A DNA stretch of 25,964 nt from an uncultured bacterium (GCA_964387885.1 CAYLYZ010000084.1:1-25964); one strand, 5' to 3'. Positions 1 to 10,028 are shown, counted from the first letter of the stretch. Translations and numbers: made by a program. Notes: generated by a model not told the origin, from the letters alone.

Positions 1-1104
1 ATCAAAGATAGAGTAGCCGGTCTGTTAGTTGCAGATATCAGCGATCCCACTCAACCACGTGAAGTCGGGCAAGCCGAGCTTCCCCTGGATTGGGAGGATG
101 GTAAAATGATCATTAATGGCAATTACCTCTATGTCAATAATCCCGATAGCGGTCTTTATGTGTTCGATATCTCCGAACCTGAACAACCAGAATTTATTCA
201 GCTTCTGGACAATCTGGTCGGAGGAAGCTATCCTCTCCTGCATGGTGATTTAATGTTGATGTCGAACGATCACAGGTTCCTCGATATTATAGATGTCTCG
301 TCTCCTGAATCACCGGAATTAATATCCTCCTGCGATATCTGGCTTGAACCTGAGGGAATTGCAGCCATTGGGAACTATGTTTATGTTACAGAGCGTGAAG
401 AAGGAATACTTATCGTGGACATATCCGACCCAACTTTTCCGTGGGTAGTGAATTTTATACCACCCTTTGATTCACAACCTGAATACCTCATCATTGACGT
501 AGAGAACCAAATTGCAGCATGTTGGGATAATCAAAACGCCTATTTGATGGATGTATCCGATCCAGAGAATCCGGAATTCCTCAGTTCAGTACGTGCTTGG
601 TGGGGACAATTGAGGATTTCTAACGGTCACCTGATAACCTCAAATATCAATGGTTATCTCAGGACATATGATATTCGAAATCCACGAGAACCTGAGCAAA
701 CCGGATATCTTCGAACGGATTTGTATACATATGATGTCGACGTACAGGGATTTTACCTTTACGCAGCACACAGTAGGCAATTCTGGATTTATGATTGTCT
801 GGACGTTTTATCGGTAGACGAGGGCAAACGATACGCCCCGGACAGTAACTTCGTCAGCCTCTATCCTAATCCAGCCAATAGCGGAGCAACAATTATTTAC
901 CGATTATCTTCACCAGGAAATACCGGTATTTCGATTTATGATTTAAAAGGCAGTCTTGTTGACCAGATAATGTCAAACCAATATAACCCGGCAGGCGATT
1001 ACCGAATCCGGTGGAATACGCACGGAATTCCAAGTGGTTCTTACATAATTAAGATAGATGGTGCAGTCAATTCCCATCACAAGACCATATCAGTCGTGAA
1101 ATAA
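1..1104 (+). CDS. LVIVD-repeat beta-propeller protein with T9SS C-terminal sorting domain (5' end truncated by window edge)
   Basis: The reading frame is open from nt 1; the internal Met is at 106. It contains repeated (L/I)xVxD(I/V)SdPxxPE motifs typical of LVIVD repeats. The C-terminus YPNPANSGATIIYRL...SGSYIIKI matches the Por/T9SS C-terminal domain pattern. Confidence 0.7.
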   Translation: MKDRVAGLLVADISDPTQPREVGQAELPLDWEDGKMIINGNYLYVNNPDSGLYVFDISEPEQPEFIQLLDNLVGGSYPLLHGDLMLMSNDHRFLDIIDVSSPESPELISSCDIWLEPEGIAAIGNYVYVTEREEGILIVDISDPTFPWVVNFIPPFDSQPEYLIIDVENQIAACWDNQNAYLMDVSDPENPEFLSSVRAWWGQLRISNGHLITSNINGYLRTYDIRNPREPEQTGYLRTDLYTYDVDVQGFYLYAAHSRQFWIYDCLDVLSVDEGKRYAPDSNFVSLYPNPANSGATIIYRLSSPGNTGISIYDLKGSLVDQIMSNQYNPAGDYRIRWNTHGIPSGSYIIKIDGAVNSHHKTISVVK

Positions 1105-1120
1105 AACTTAAGAGCCTACA

Positions 1121-3265
1121 ATGAAAACGACCTTAATATTCAGCTTGATTTTGATTACAACACTTTCAGGATTTTCTCAAGATAGTTCCGGAGTACGAAT
1201 GGTTGGGCAGGCTTTTCCACAATGGGGAGAAACTTACGACATGGAACTAGCTGGGAACATCCTCTTCGCTGCAAATAGACGGTTAGATATAGTAGACGCA
1301 AGTGATCCAGGAAATCCGGAGTATCTTTGGTTCAGCAACCGATTGGGCTCCTGCTACAGAGTTGAGGTAGATGGTCCGAGAGCCTTTTTGGCAACTTCAT
1401 CTTATTCCCGTGGGCGTGATATGTTTATACTCGACATCTCTGATTTATCAAATCCAAGGGAATTAGGTGTTTATTCAGATGATCTATCGCTATACGAGAT
1501 GATTGTGAAGGGCAATATCGCTTATTTACGCTCGCGAGATCAAGTTCAAATTCTGGACGTGACCACTCCTGACGACATCCGAATGATCTCCACCATTGAC
1601 ATAACTGATGATATGATCACGATGGATGATGATGGTGAATACATATTTGGATGCACTGAACGCGAAGGCATAAGAGTCTTCGATGTTTCAGATCCATCCA
1701 ATCCACACCAGATAAATTTCTTTCCTCTCGATATGCCTGTCGAGGATATCTCATATGCGGATGACAGAATCTATTTAGCAAATTCAACGCACCGGAACTT
1801 CGGTGTGACGGTTTTGGACGTTCGCGATGTAATGAATATAGATACTCTGCGTCATGTTTTGACTGGCAATAGTCGACCACTTAAGGTGTCTGCAAGAGAT
1901 ACGATGCTATTTGTTAGCACCGAACATTGGATCTATACTTATAGTATCGCAGATATTGATAATCCATTCAGAATCGGTAACGAAAGTTGTGAGCCCATTC
2001 TCTTTAAAATGAACGATTCTCTTTTATTTGTGAGAACTGAAAAGGAAAAGCCACTTTCAATTTTCAACTATAGAAATCCAGATGAATTGGTCGAGGTTGG
2101 TGGTATGAACAATGCATATAATGTTGATTTGATCAAATTTGCCGGTGACCGTATGTATGTTGATGAGACAATTTTCGATATCTCACGTCCGTTAAATCCA
2201 AGAAAACTTGGAAGCTTTCCCATTAGTGGTGTCATCGATTACGAGATCAACGATTCGTTTTTTCATGTAATCATTGAGGATCGCTATAAAGTGTTTGATG
2301 TAGCTGATCCAGCAAATATAGAGTTGAGAGCGGTGTTTGGCCATACTGGTCAGGATTTAATATTGAATGGAGATTATACCTATATTTCGAGTGGCAGTTT
2401 AGAGGTTCTGGATGCATCAGATCTGGGCTTTATCAGATCTGTCAACTCTATAAGCTCGGAAGAGATGACTGGATCAGCTGGTAATATGATAATTCGAGGG
2501 AATTACCTTTACAGTGTTTCGAAAAATAGTTTCGGGATTCTTGATGTATCGGAACCAGAATCGCCTATGTTAACTGGTAGTTATGATCTCAGTCCCAGAT
2601 GGATGGAATTTATGACTCCCGAATTTGTCCTCTACGATGACTATGCTTACATCGCTGCAGAAAAAGCCTTTTATATTTTAGATATCACTGAATTAGATAA
2701 TCCAGTTCTGGTTAGTGACTCTTTGGAATATAGATGCCGGAAGATTATTAGAGATGGAGATCATCTTTTACTTTCAGGAGTCAGGTGGGATTACCAACGA
2801 CACAGTGAATACGGACTCCAAATTCTGAGCCTGGAAGATCCAACTCACCCGAACATTGCGGGTTTCTATCAAACGCCCGGATTGGCTGAGATGTCAGGGG
2901 TAAGGGATGGACTCTGCTACGTTGCTGATGGCTCCAGTATCGTGATTCTTGATTTTTCTGAAGCACTTTCCACCCCATTTGGTCATGAACCGGAGTTTCA
3001 GCCATCAAAATTCTTTCTGACTGCTTATCCCAATCCCTTTAACTCGACAACAACAATCAACTTCAACATGCCTGGTATTGAAAAGGCTGAGCTTCGAGTC
3101 TATGATCTTCAGGGAAGACTGGTTCATGAGCTTGTGAACTGCAGACTCGACGCCGGGGAACACAATGTCAGGTTTGACGCGTCCGGGTTAGTAAGTGGAG
3201 TTTATCTGATGAAATTGGAATGTGGGTCGGAAATTACTTCACATAAACATGTAGTCCTAAATTGA
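1121..3265 (+). CDS. Secreted LVIVD-repeat beta-propeller protein with T9SS C-terminal sorting domain
   Basis: 714 aa with an N-terminal signal peptide (MKTTLIFSLILITTLSGFSQ). There are many LDIVDASDPGNPE / ILDISDLSNPRE / VFDVSDPSNPHQ type repeats. The C-terminus YPNPFNSTTTINF...GVYLMKLE is a canonical T9SS C-terminal domain. Confidence 0.75.
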   Translation: MKTTLIFSLILITTLSGFSQDSSGVRMVGQAFPQWGETYDMELAGNILFAANRRLDIVDASDPGNPEYLWFSNRLGSCYRVEVDGPRAFLATSSYSRGRDMFILDISDLSNPRELGVYSDDLSLYEMIVKGNIAYLRSRDQVQILDVTTPDDIRMISTIDITDDMITMDDDGEYIFGCTEREGIRVFDVSDPSNPHQINFFPLDMPVEDISYADDRIYLANSTHRNFGVTVLDVRDVMNIDTLRHVLTGNSRPLKVSARDTMLFVSTEHWIYTYSIADIDNPFRIGNESCEPILFKMNDSLLFVRTEKEKPLSIFNYRNPDELVEVGGMNNAYNVDLIKFAGDRMYVDETIFDISRPLNPRKLGSFPISGVIDYEINDSFFHVIIEDRYKVFDVADPANIELRAVFGHTGQDLILNGDYTYISSGSLEVLDASDLGFIRSVNSISSEEMTGSAGNMIIRGNYLYSVSKNSFGILDVSEPESPMLTGSYDLSPRWMEFMTPEFVLYDDYAYIAAEKAFYILDITELDNPVLVSDSLEYRCRKIIRDGDHLLLSGVRWDYQRHSEYGLQILSLEDPTHPNIAGFYQTPGLAEMSGVRDGLCYVADGSSIVILDFSEALSTPFGHEPEFQPSKFFLTAYPNPFNSTTTINFNMPGIEKAELRVYDLQGRLVHELVNCRLDAGEHNVRFDASGLVSGVYLMKLECGSEITSHKHVVLN

Positions 3266-3289
3266 TTATATGCTGACGAGTTTCGGAGA

Positions 3290-3309
3290 GGGTTGAAAAT
3301 ATTCAACCC
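3290..3309. terminator. Hairpin between convergent genes (GGGTTGAA-aata-TTCAACCC), possible bidirectional terminator
   Basis: A perfect 8-bp stem with a 4-nt loop sits between the stop at 3265 (+) and the stop at 3332 (-). There is no clear U-tract on either strand. Confidence 0.3.
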
Positions 3310-3331
3310 CTACGTCGACATACAATGGAGT

Positions 3332-4030
3332 TTATTGAATCGGGAAAAGGACAAAAATTGATACATCCCAAACAGCGTGTGAGACTATACCGGGCAACAC
3401 ACTACCAGTAACTTTATACAGCAATCCCCAGAAAACTCCGCACACGCCTGCAGCACCAATTAACATCAGGTTCATGCTTGGGATGTGAACCGCTGTGTAT
3501 GCGAGTCCGGCAATCAGGAATCCTACCCAGGGATTCCATTTTTTTGCGAACCTCTTCTGGACAAATCCACGCCAGAATATCTCCTCTCCGGGACCGATAG
3601 GGAAGAGGAGCAGCAAACCAATTGTCCATTGTGGTAATTGGGATTTTCGTCCGTATATCGAATCAATCTGTTGATCCTGATTGATAAACGATTGAGTAAC
3701 GATGTCCCCAAGGACGAAGATCCCGTATAAAATCGCAGCTGAAACTACTCCCCACGTTATAATTTTACCCCACGACCAATTGTATTTCAAAATACTACGG
3801 TCGTGGGAGAATGACCATATACTCAGGGAGGAGGTCGCAATCACCATCCATATCCAGAAGTTGCCATAATTGACCCTGAACATGAAAGTCCATAGGATCA
3901 GGGCTGCAAACACTCCGATCCAGACAGGTTTCAGATTTTGCTCATCAACTGCCTTAGAAGATGCTGGCAAGTACGAATCCCGCTGAGAGCAGTAAGCCGA
4001 AAAGCATGTGCAGTTGGGCTGTCGAAACAT
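3332..4030 (-). CDS. CPBP family intramembrane glutamic endopeptidase (CAAX protease / Abi domain)
   Basis: Multi-TM protein with the EExxxR motif (EEIFWRGF), FxxxH (YTAVHIP) and HxxxD (SHAVWD). The ATG at 4030 overlaps the upstream gene by 77 nt; an in-frame TTG at 3970 would give a 17-nt overlap and may be the true start. Confidence 0.7.
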   Translation of the reverse strand: MFRQPNCTCFSAYCSQRDSYLPASSKAVDEQNLKPVWIGVFAALILWTFMFRVNYGNFWIWMVIATSSLSIWSFSHDRSILKYNWSWGKIITWGVVSAAILYGIFVLGDIVTQSFINQDQQIDSIYGRKSQLPQWTIGLLLLFPIGPGEEIFWRGFVQKRFAKKWNPWVGFLIAGLAYTAVHIPSMNLMLIGAAGVCGVFWGLLYKVTGSVLPGIVSHAVWDVSIFVLFPIQ

Positions 4031-4871
4031 CGAGAGTTGCCAGATCGCCCGGAGTGTCAGGTCTGGCAGCGTTGGTGATTTTATGTAACTTGATCGATGG
4101 GATCAGGCTGATTAATGCAACTAATGTCCAAACCGGTGCAACTTTTGTGATGACTAGTACAATTAGAGTCACGTATGCAGACATAACTAAAAGCTTGTAA
4201 TTACGTTTGGATGGTTTCCATCCAATCAAGCTCGGGATTGTAACGAAACCGGCTCGGGTGTCATGCGTGATATCACGGAGATTATTTGCATTCAGGATGG
4301 CAGCAACAAGGATTGATATCGGTAGTGAAACCAACACAGGAGTCCATGATATTTGTTGTGTCTGAACGTAATATGCTCCAAATACCATTAATGGTCCCAT
4401 TAGTGTAAAGACTAATGGTTCCCCAAGTGCTTTGTATTTATAACCAAACGGATCTGCTGTGTAAAAATAACCTCCGAGAATACCGATAAGACCAAGTGCA
4501 ACTATTACCCAGCCTAAATGATACACTAAATATACACCAATCAGAAAAGCCACACCGAAGGCTACTATTCCTCCACGGAGGACATCTTTGGGTTCCATCA
4601 GTTTTTCAACTAAGATTCTACTCGATCCGAAAGAATCAGGGGTATCAGCTCCGGCTTTCAAATCAAAGTATTCAGAAACTAAATTTGTTCCAGTATGTAA
4701 TAACACACCACCAAGCATTGCAGCGATAAAAAATAGATAATTAAACTGTCCCTGATCAAAATAGGCGAGGGCTGTACCAAGAAGAACCGGTACTACGGAT
4801 GCAGAATAAGCAAATGGTCGCGCCGCTTGCATCCATAGGCTGAATCTGGAACGAGTTATATTTTCAGACAT
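3954..4871 (-). CDS. UbiA-family prenyltransferase, MenA-like (1,4-dihydroxy-2-naphthoate polyprenyltransferase)
   Basis: 305 aa, about 8 TM helices. The Asp-rich motif SEYFDLKAGADTPDS resembles the MenA NDYxDxxxGxD motif. A second motif NNLRDITHDTRAG is present. Confidence 0.6.
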   Translation of the reverse strand: MSENITRSRFSLWMQAARPFAYSASVVPVLLGTALAYFDQGQFNYLFFIAAMLGGVLLHTGTNLVSEYFDLKAGADTPDSFGSSRILVEKLMEPKDVLRGGIVAFGVAFLIGVYLVYHLGWVIVALGLIGILGGYFYTADPFGYKYKALGEPLVFTLMGPLMVFGAYYVQTQQISWTPVLVSLPISILVAAILNANNLRDITHDTRAGFVTIPSLIGWKPSKRNYKLLVMSAYVTLIVLVITKVAPVWTLVALISLIPSIKLHKITNAARPDTPGDLATLDVSTAQLHMLFGLLLSAGFVLASIF

Positions 4872-4993
4872 TTCGTTTCCTTTTTATGGTTAAATAATTT
4901 ACCACGAAATAAAAATATAGGTTGGCTGTTATTAATTGTCAAGTAAATGCATTTTTTGTTTGATACAAATTCTGATAACTTACCATTCGAATC

Positions 4994-7453
4994 TTACCAT
5001 TCAAATCTTACCCCACCCACAAAGAATAATCCGAGCTGGTGAACCGGCTCTTTAGCATTTATTTCAGGTACATTCGGATCAATTGGTTGAGTAGGATATG
5101 TATAATCAGTAATATTAGCACGATCGAAAACATTCTGCGCTTCGAGAAAAACTATTATTGATCGTCCACCGGTGTACCATTTGCTATCCCACCTGATATC
5201 CAGCTTCGAATAAGCCGGATACCTCGCACTATTAGGAATATCGGATCTTTTCCAGGTATATTTGGATTCAGAATCGTTTTTTGACCAAATCTTCGGTGTA
5301 TAAGGTCTTCCTGATACATATCTGAACCGAGAAGATACTGTGAGTTCATCGCCACTTACGGGCAAAAGGAATGACCAGTAGCCGTACCAGTGCTTTTGGA
5401 ATTTTCGCACCGATAATCCACTGAAATTATATCCCAATACGATCGTTGCAACATCTCGATAATCATAATCTGCCGGATATGTTAGGTTATTAAGCACTTC
5501 GACTGAATCAACATCCTCATAACGGGGAGCAGTAGTTAAGGCTTTTGCAAAAGAATAAGCGGCAGTTCCATACCAGTTATCTGAGAGTTTTTGTTGGATA
5601 AATAGTTCTACTCCACGAGTTTCCTTATTCTTGAGTGAAAGATATTGAAAAGTTTTTTGAGTGCGATTCAAACTATTGGTCATCCATTGGAGGGAAAGGG
5701 GTAGACTGGAATAAAATTTCAGATATCCCTCAATGCTGATCCTGGTGGATTCTGTAAGTAAATAGGAAAATCCTCCAATGTAGTGATCTGCTCTTTTATG
5801 GGGCAATTCCCTGTTAGCCTCATGAGAGAGGTAATCTATTATTGACAGAGCCTGGTAATATCTCCCATAGGCAATCGAACAGGAAATTCGGGAATTTACT
5901 CTCCATTTGGCAGAAAGACGCGGTGCTAAAGTTACATCATCGGAGAATTCAAATCCATCAATCCTTAACCCTCCCAAAATCGAAAGACTTTCAATCGGTC
6001 TCCAACGATATTGAAGATATCCCCCATATTTCAGCGAAGTCTGCTTCGATTCAATACGCAACTCTTGTTTTTCATCATCCCCACCGTCCGCGGCATCAAT
6101 ACTTGTAACAATGTCATCTTCACTCAACTGCAGCCATACATCATGAGAATATGTAATTGGCTTAAGCGAAATTCCCGCGAATAATTGATCAACGTTCCTT
6201 GTATTTAGTGTCAGGTTAACGTGTACCTGATCGGTCGTTTCAGTGCTTCGTGCAAAAGCGTAAAGGTTGCTTATTCTTTCACCTACAACATTCTCATAGA
6301 CATCAAATAAATCATAGCTGCCGGAAATTTGACTCCGTCCAATAACAAGTTCCGTAAATCCCCTGTCCATCAGCATGCGCAAACGAGCACCAAGGGCTAC
6401 TGTATGATCTTTGGCATCGATTGTCTCTGCACCGCGTGACCAGGCACCTTCTTCCATGGCATCAATTTTAACCCAATCTTTTAAATAAAGGCCAAACACG
6501 GAAATGTTGGTTGTTGGTGAGGGAAACGAAGATATTTTAAACTGTGAGTCCCAGAAATAGGGTACTGCAGGTAATTCGAGCTGATCCTTAAGAATATCAA
6601 TATAACTCCTTCTGAACGACAACAAGTATGATCCGTTAGTTAATGGTATTCCACCTTCGAGATTTAATCCGACACTTGCAACGGAAGTCTCTAGCTGACC
6701 TCTGAAATTATCCTTATCTCCATCTCGGAGCTCTAAATCGAGTATACTTGATAATTTATCACCGTATTTTGCTGAAAATCCTCCGGTTGAAAATGTAACA
6801 TCCTCGAGAAATTCAATGTTAACAGCACTCATTGGACCACCCGAGGTTGTGGGATCGGGGAAGTGATTGATATTGTCAATTTCCAATCCATCAATAATTG
6901 TCAAATGTTCTGCAAAGCTCCCGCCTCGTACGATAATTTCATTTGTTAGATCATTCTGACTGAAAACACCTGGAATAGCCTGAATTGTTCTCAACACATC
7001 TTCGAAAGCTCCCGGAGCTCTCCTGACTTCTTCATAACTCAATGTTTGGGTGGAAGATGGTAGGTTAGGTTTATCCTGGAAATATCCACTTCTGACAGTA
7101 ACTTCCTTCCCTTTGATTACCGTTGGATCGAGATGAAACTCAAGTGTCACCACTCTACCAGCTGAAACTGAAACTTCTCCTCGCGACATACTTGCAAATC
7201 CTAATGCGCTGGCAGTAATATGATAGGTTCCCGGTTTGAAACCTTGAATGATAAACCGACCATCAAGATCAGATGCAGCGCCAATATCCGTCCCAGCCAC
7301 TACAATATTTGCCCCCGGGATGGGAGAAAGATTGGAAGAATCTAAAACTCTTCCCTTTACACTTCCGGGATTAATCTTTGCATGTACTGAACAACTGCAT
7401 GAAAAAACGACCACGCAGAAAATCGTTAACACGATCTTTTTGTAGCAAAACAT
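4994..7453 (-). CDS. TonB-dependent outer-membrane receptor with N-terminal carboxypeptidase-regulatory-like domain
   Basis: 819 aa with a signal peptide. It has a CarbopepD_reg-like segment (GRVLDSSNLSPIPGANIVVAGTD...GRF), a plug-like region (FSTGGFSAKYGD) and a C-terminal aromatic residue (..GVRFEW) typical of OM beta-barrels. Confidence 0.7.
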   Translation of the reverse strand: MFCYKKIVLTIFCVVVFSCSCSVHAKINPGSVKGRVLDSSNLSPIPGANIVVAGTDIGAASDLDGRFIIQGFKPGTYHITASALGFASMSRGEVSVSAGRVVTLEFHLDPTVIKGKEVTVRSGYFQDKPNLPSSTQTLSYEEVRRAPGAFEDVLRTIQAIPGVFSQNDLTNEIIVRGGSFAEHLTIIDGLEIDNINHFPDPTTSGGPMSAVNIEFLEDVTFSTGGFSAKYGDKLSSILDLELRDGDKDNFRGQLETSVASVGLNLEGGIPLTNGSYLLSFRRSYIDILKDQLELPAVPYFWDSQFKISSFPSPTTNISVFGLYLKDWVKIDAMEEGAWSRGAETIDAKDHTVALGARLRMLMDRGFTELVIGRSQISGSYDLFDVYENVVGERISNLYAFARSTETTDQVHVNLTLNTRNVDQLFAGISLKPITYSHDVWLQLSEDDIVTSIDAADGGDDEKQELRIESKQTSLKYGGYLQYRWRPIESLSILGGLRIDGFEFSDDVTLAPRLSAKWRVNSRISCSIAYGRYYQALSIIDYLSHEANRELPHKRADHYIGGFSYLLTESTRISIEGYLKFYSSLPLSLQWMTNSLNRTQKTFQYLSLKNKETRGVELFIQQKLSDNWYGTAAYSFAKALTTAPRYEDVDSVEVLNNLTYPADYDYRDVATIVLGYNFSGLSVRKFQKHWYGYWSFLLPVSGDELTVSSRFRYVSGRPYTPKIWSKNDSESKYTWKRSDIPNSARYPAYSKLDIRWDSKWYTGGRSIIVFLEAQNVFDRANITDYTYPTQPIDPNVPEINAKEPVHQLGLFFVGGVRFEW

Positions 7454-7557
7454 CCGCTAATCTTTGTTAATATTGATTTTTCAGATATAAGATAAGAACT
7501 TTTCTTTCTCTTTCATGAACATTGTTTCAGTAAAAAGCATATTTTTTATATTTTTTC

Positions 7558-7627
7558 TTGACTGACATGTAATTATTGCTTACTTTGCACATATGTTATG
7601 TGATAATGGACATTTGTACACATTATG
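7558..7627 (+). promoter_or_regulatory. Putative promoter/operator region of the BMC operon: TTGACT -35-like, extended -10-like TGtGATAAT, and phased ACATnTGT palindromic motifs
   Basis: TTGACT is at 7558-7563 and TGTGATAAT at 7599-7607. ACATGT is at 7566, ACATATGT at 7589, ACATTTGT at 7610 and ACATTATG at 7620, spaced about 10 or about 21 bp apart. Confidence 0.3.
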
Positions 7628-8584
7628 CTAAAGACATCGGAAAAAACATCATCGCTTGTGGATGTAGCAAGGTTATACTACGAGCATGATTACAGTCAGC
7701 AGGACATTGCGAGAAAACTCGGGATTTCACGACCCAGTGTCTCGAGAATGCTGCAAAAGGCTCGAGAATTGGGCATAGTCCGAATTAAGATCTATGATCC
7801 TGAACAGCGAGGTTCGCATCAGGAAAAAGCTTTACAACAAATATACGGGCTCAAAAAGGTAATTCTCGTACCTAATGAGGACGCAACGGATCTAGTAATT
7901 AAGCAGAGGTTGGGATTTGTAGCGGCCAGATACCTTGACGAACTTCTTGAGGATGGTCTCACAGTTGGGGTTTCCTGGGGATCAACGATGCAGGAGGTTG
8001 TTAAGCACCTTCAGCACAGGACAATTCGCAACATGACGGTAGTTCAACTGAATGGTGGAATTTCGAGAGCAGAGTATAACACTCATGCAAGCGAGATTGC
8101 GCTGAAAATAGGAAAAAACTATCAGGCGATACCCTTTCTGTTGCCGTTACCGGCGATAGTCGACCAGGTACGAGTCAGAAGAGCGATTATTACCGATAAA
8201 AACATTGCCAAAACACTAAATCTTGCAAGAGAAGCTCAAATTGCAATGTATACCGTTGGAGCTTTCAGCTTCAACTCTGTGCTTGTAAAAGCTGATTACT
8301 TCGAGACTGAGGAAGTTGAAGAACTTTTAACCGACAAGGCAGTAGGTGATATATGTTCGCGGATAATTGATGAAAATGGGAACATATGTAACTCGAAGCT
8401 CAATGCCCGGACAATTGGTATAAGTCTAAGTGATTTAAAAAAGAAGAAATACGCTATTGCAGTCGCAGGTGGCATGGAAAAGCTCAACGCAATCAGAGCT
8501 GGATTGCGAGGTAATTATTTTAATGTACTTATCACAGATGAGTGGGTTGCTTCAAAGCTATTAGAAAACGCTGACATTTCCTGA
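7625..8584 (+). CDS. SorC/DeoR-family sugar-phosphate-binding transcriptional regulator
   Basis: N-terminal HTH ([41 protein letters not shown]) is typical of SorC/CggR/B. subtilis DeoR. The C-terminal region is a sugar-binding domain. The gene leads the BMC operon. Confidence 0.8.
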   Translation: MLKTSEKTSSLVDVARLYYEHDYSQQDIARKLGISRPSVSRMLQKARELGIVRIKIYDPEQRGSHQEKALQQIYGLKKVILVPNEDATDLVIKQRLGFVAARYLDELLEDGLTVGVSWGSTMQEVVKHLQHRTIRNMTVVQLNGGISRAEYNTHASEIALKIGKNYQAIPFLLPLPAIVDQVRVRRAIITDKNIAKTLNLAREAQIAMYTVGAFSFNSVLVKADYFETEEVEELLTDKAVGDICSRIIDENGNICNSKLNARTIGISLSDLKKKKYAIAVAGGMEKLNAIRAGLRGNYFNVLITDEWVASKLLENADIS

Positions 8585-8594
8585 AATAAAGAAT

Positions 8595-10004
8595 ATGAAT
8601 TCATCTGAAAAACAAATTATCGCAATAGGTTCCGATCATGGTGGTTACCAACTTAAGGAAAAACTAAAAGAATACCTGACTCGCAATGGATTCAATGTAA
8701 ATGACTGCGGAACTTTCAGCACTGAGGATGTTGACTATCCGAAATTCGCATATCTGACCGCGAAGGAAGTTTCAGATGGGAACGCACATTTCGGCATAAT
8801 CGTCGATGGTGCAGGAATTGGTTCGGCTATGACAGCAAATAAAGTTGGGGGTATACGAGCTGCACTCTGCTACGATGTTTCATCAGCAAACAACGCACGT
8901 GAACATAATAATGCCAACGTTTTAACACTGGGCTCCGGATTAATAGGGGAAAACCTGGCCAAACAGATTTGCGATAAATTCCTGTCAGTAGACTGTACCG
9001 TTGACCGACACCTTAAACGGGCAAGTATGATTGATGAACTTGACAAAGGTATAATCCCGTTTTCTGCAATTAATGCTTCAAAGACCAGCAATAAAAAGGA
9101 CAATCACCCGATGGAATTGTCAAGTCAGGATCTAACTCGTATTGCAGATCGAATACGAGAAATGCTCTCAACCGATGTTGCAGAACCTAAAAAACATCAG
9201 AGCGCTTGTGGTGATGCAAACTGTAATAATTGTGGTCATTGTGCTGAAAAAACTCCGGATACAATAAGAAAATATCTTGACCTTGGTGCGGGAAGGATTT
9301 CTCATAAATCAGGTTCAGGTTACATTCCAAAGGATATTGCTGGAATTATCGACCATACAATACTCAAACCGGATGCGACCGAAGATGACATTATCACACT
9401 TTGTAACGAAGCTCGCGAACATGGATTTGCTTCGGTTTGTGTGAATCCTACCTTTGTGTCTCTGGCAAGGAGAGAACTTGTTGGTACTGACGTTCAGGTT
9501 TGTACGGTAGTAGGTTTCCCTCTTGGTGCGCACATGTCAGAGATTAAAAGTATGGAAACCCGACGTGCTATTCGTGAAGGTGCACGAGAAATCGACATGG
9601 TTATAAATATCGGAGCCCTGAAAAGCGGGAAAGATGATCTCGTTTACGACGACATTCGCAAAGTGGTGGATGCATGCGAGGATGGAGGCGCTCTAAGCAA
9701 GATAATTATTGAAGCTGCACTTTTAACAGATGATGAAAAGATCCGAGCCTGTCAACTCTGCAAACGAGCTCGTGCCAATTATGTTAAAACCTCTACCGGA
9801 TTCGCTCCCGGTGGCGCAACAGAAAAGGATGTCGCCCTGATGAGCAGTGTGGTGAAAGACTCCGGGATAGGTGTTAAAGCTGCCGGTGGGATAAAAGATT
9901 ATAAAGATTTTGAAAAGATGGTTTCGGCAGGTGCCACGAGAATTGGTGCCAGTGCCGGGATAAAGATTGTTCAGGGAGCCAGGGAAGTTACGGTCTCGAA
10001 TTGA
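8595..10004 (+). CDS. Fusion protein: ribose-5-phosphate isomerase B (RpiB/LacAB) N-domain + deoxyribose-phosphate aldolase (DeoC/DERA) C-domain
   Basis: Residues 1-150 carry [13 protein letters not shown]...[18 protein letters not shown] (RpiB fold). Residues about 245-469 carry [12 protein letters not shown]...CVNP...YVKTSTGF, the DERA Schiff-base Lys motif. A 50-aa linker with an amphipathic helix and a C-x4-C-x2-C-x2-C motif joins them. Confidence 0.8.
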   Translation: MNSSEKQIIAIGSDHGGYQLKEKLKEYLTRNGFNVNDCGTFSTEDVDYPKFAYLTAKEVSDGNAHFGIIVDGAGIGSAMTANKVGGIRAALCYDVSSANNAREHNNANVLTLGSGLIGENLAKQICDKFLSVDCTVDRHLKRASMIDELDKGIIPFSAINASKTSNKKDNHPMELSSQDLTRIADRIREMLSTDVAEPKKHQSACGDANCNNCGHCAEKTPDTIRKYLDLGAGRISHKSGSGYIPKDIAGIIDHTILKPDATEDDIITLCNEAREHGFASVCVNPTFVSLARRELVGTDVQVCTVVGFPLGAHMSEIKSMETRRAIREGAREIDMVINIGALKSGKDDLVYDDIRKVVDACEDGGALSKIIIEAALLTDDEKIRACQLCKRARANYVKTSTGFAPGGATEKDVALMSSVVKDSGIGVKAAGGIKDYKDFEKMVSAGATRIGASAGIKIVQGAREVTVSN

Positions 10005-10028
10005 ATGCTGTGTGTATATCACCTGTAG

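Noticed and set aside
1617-1880. 87-aa His/Arg-rich minus-strand ORF inside the LVIVD gene
   Set aside because: It is antisense to a well-supported coding region, has a low-complexity composition and no RBS.
4979-5013. Short tandem repeat CTTACCATTC(g/a)AAT x2.5 spanning the stop codon of the TonB-receptor gene
   Set aside because: It is a tiny local duplication covering the last codons (..RFEW) and about 15 nt of 3'UTR. It has no obvious function and is probably slippage.
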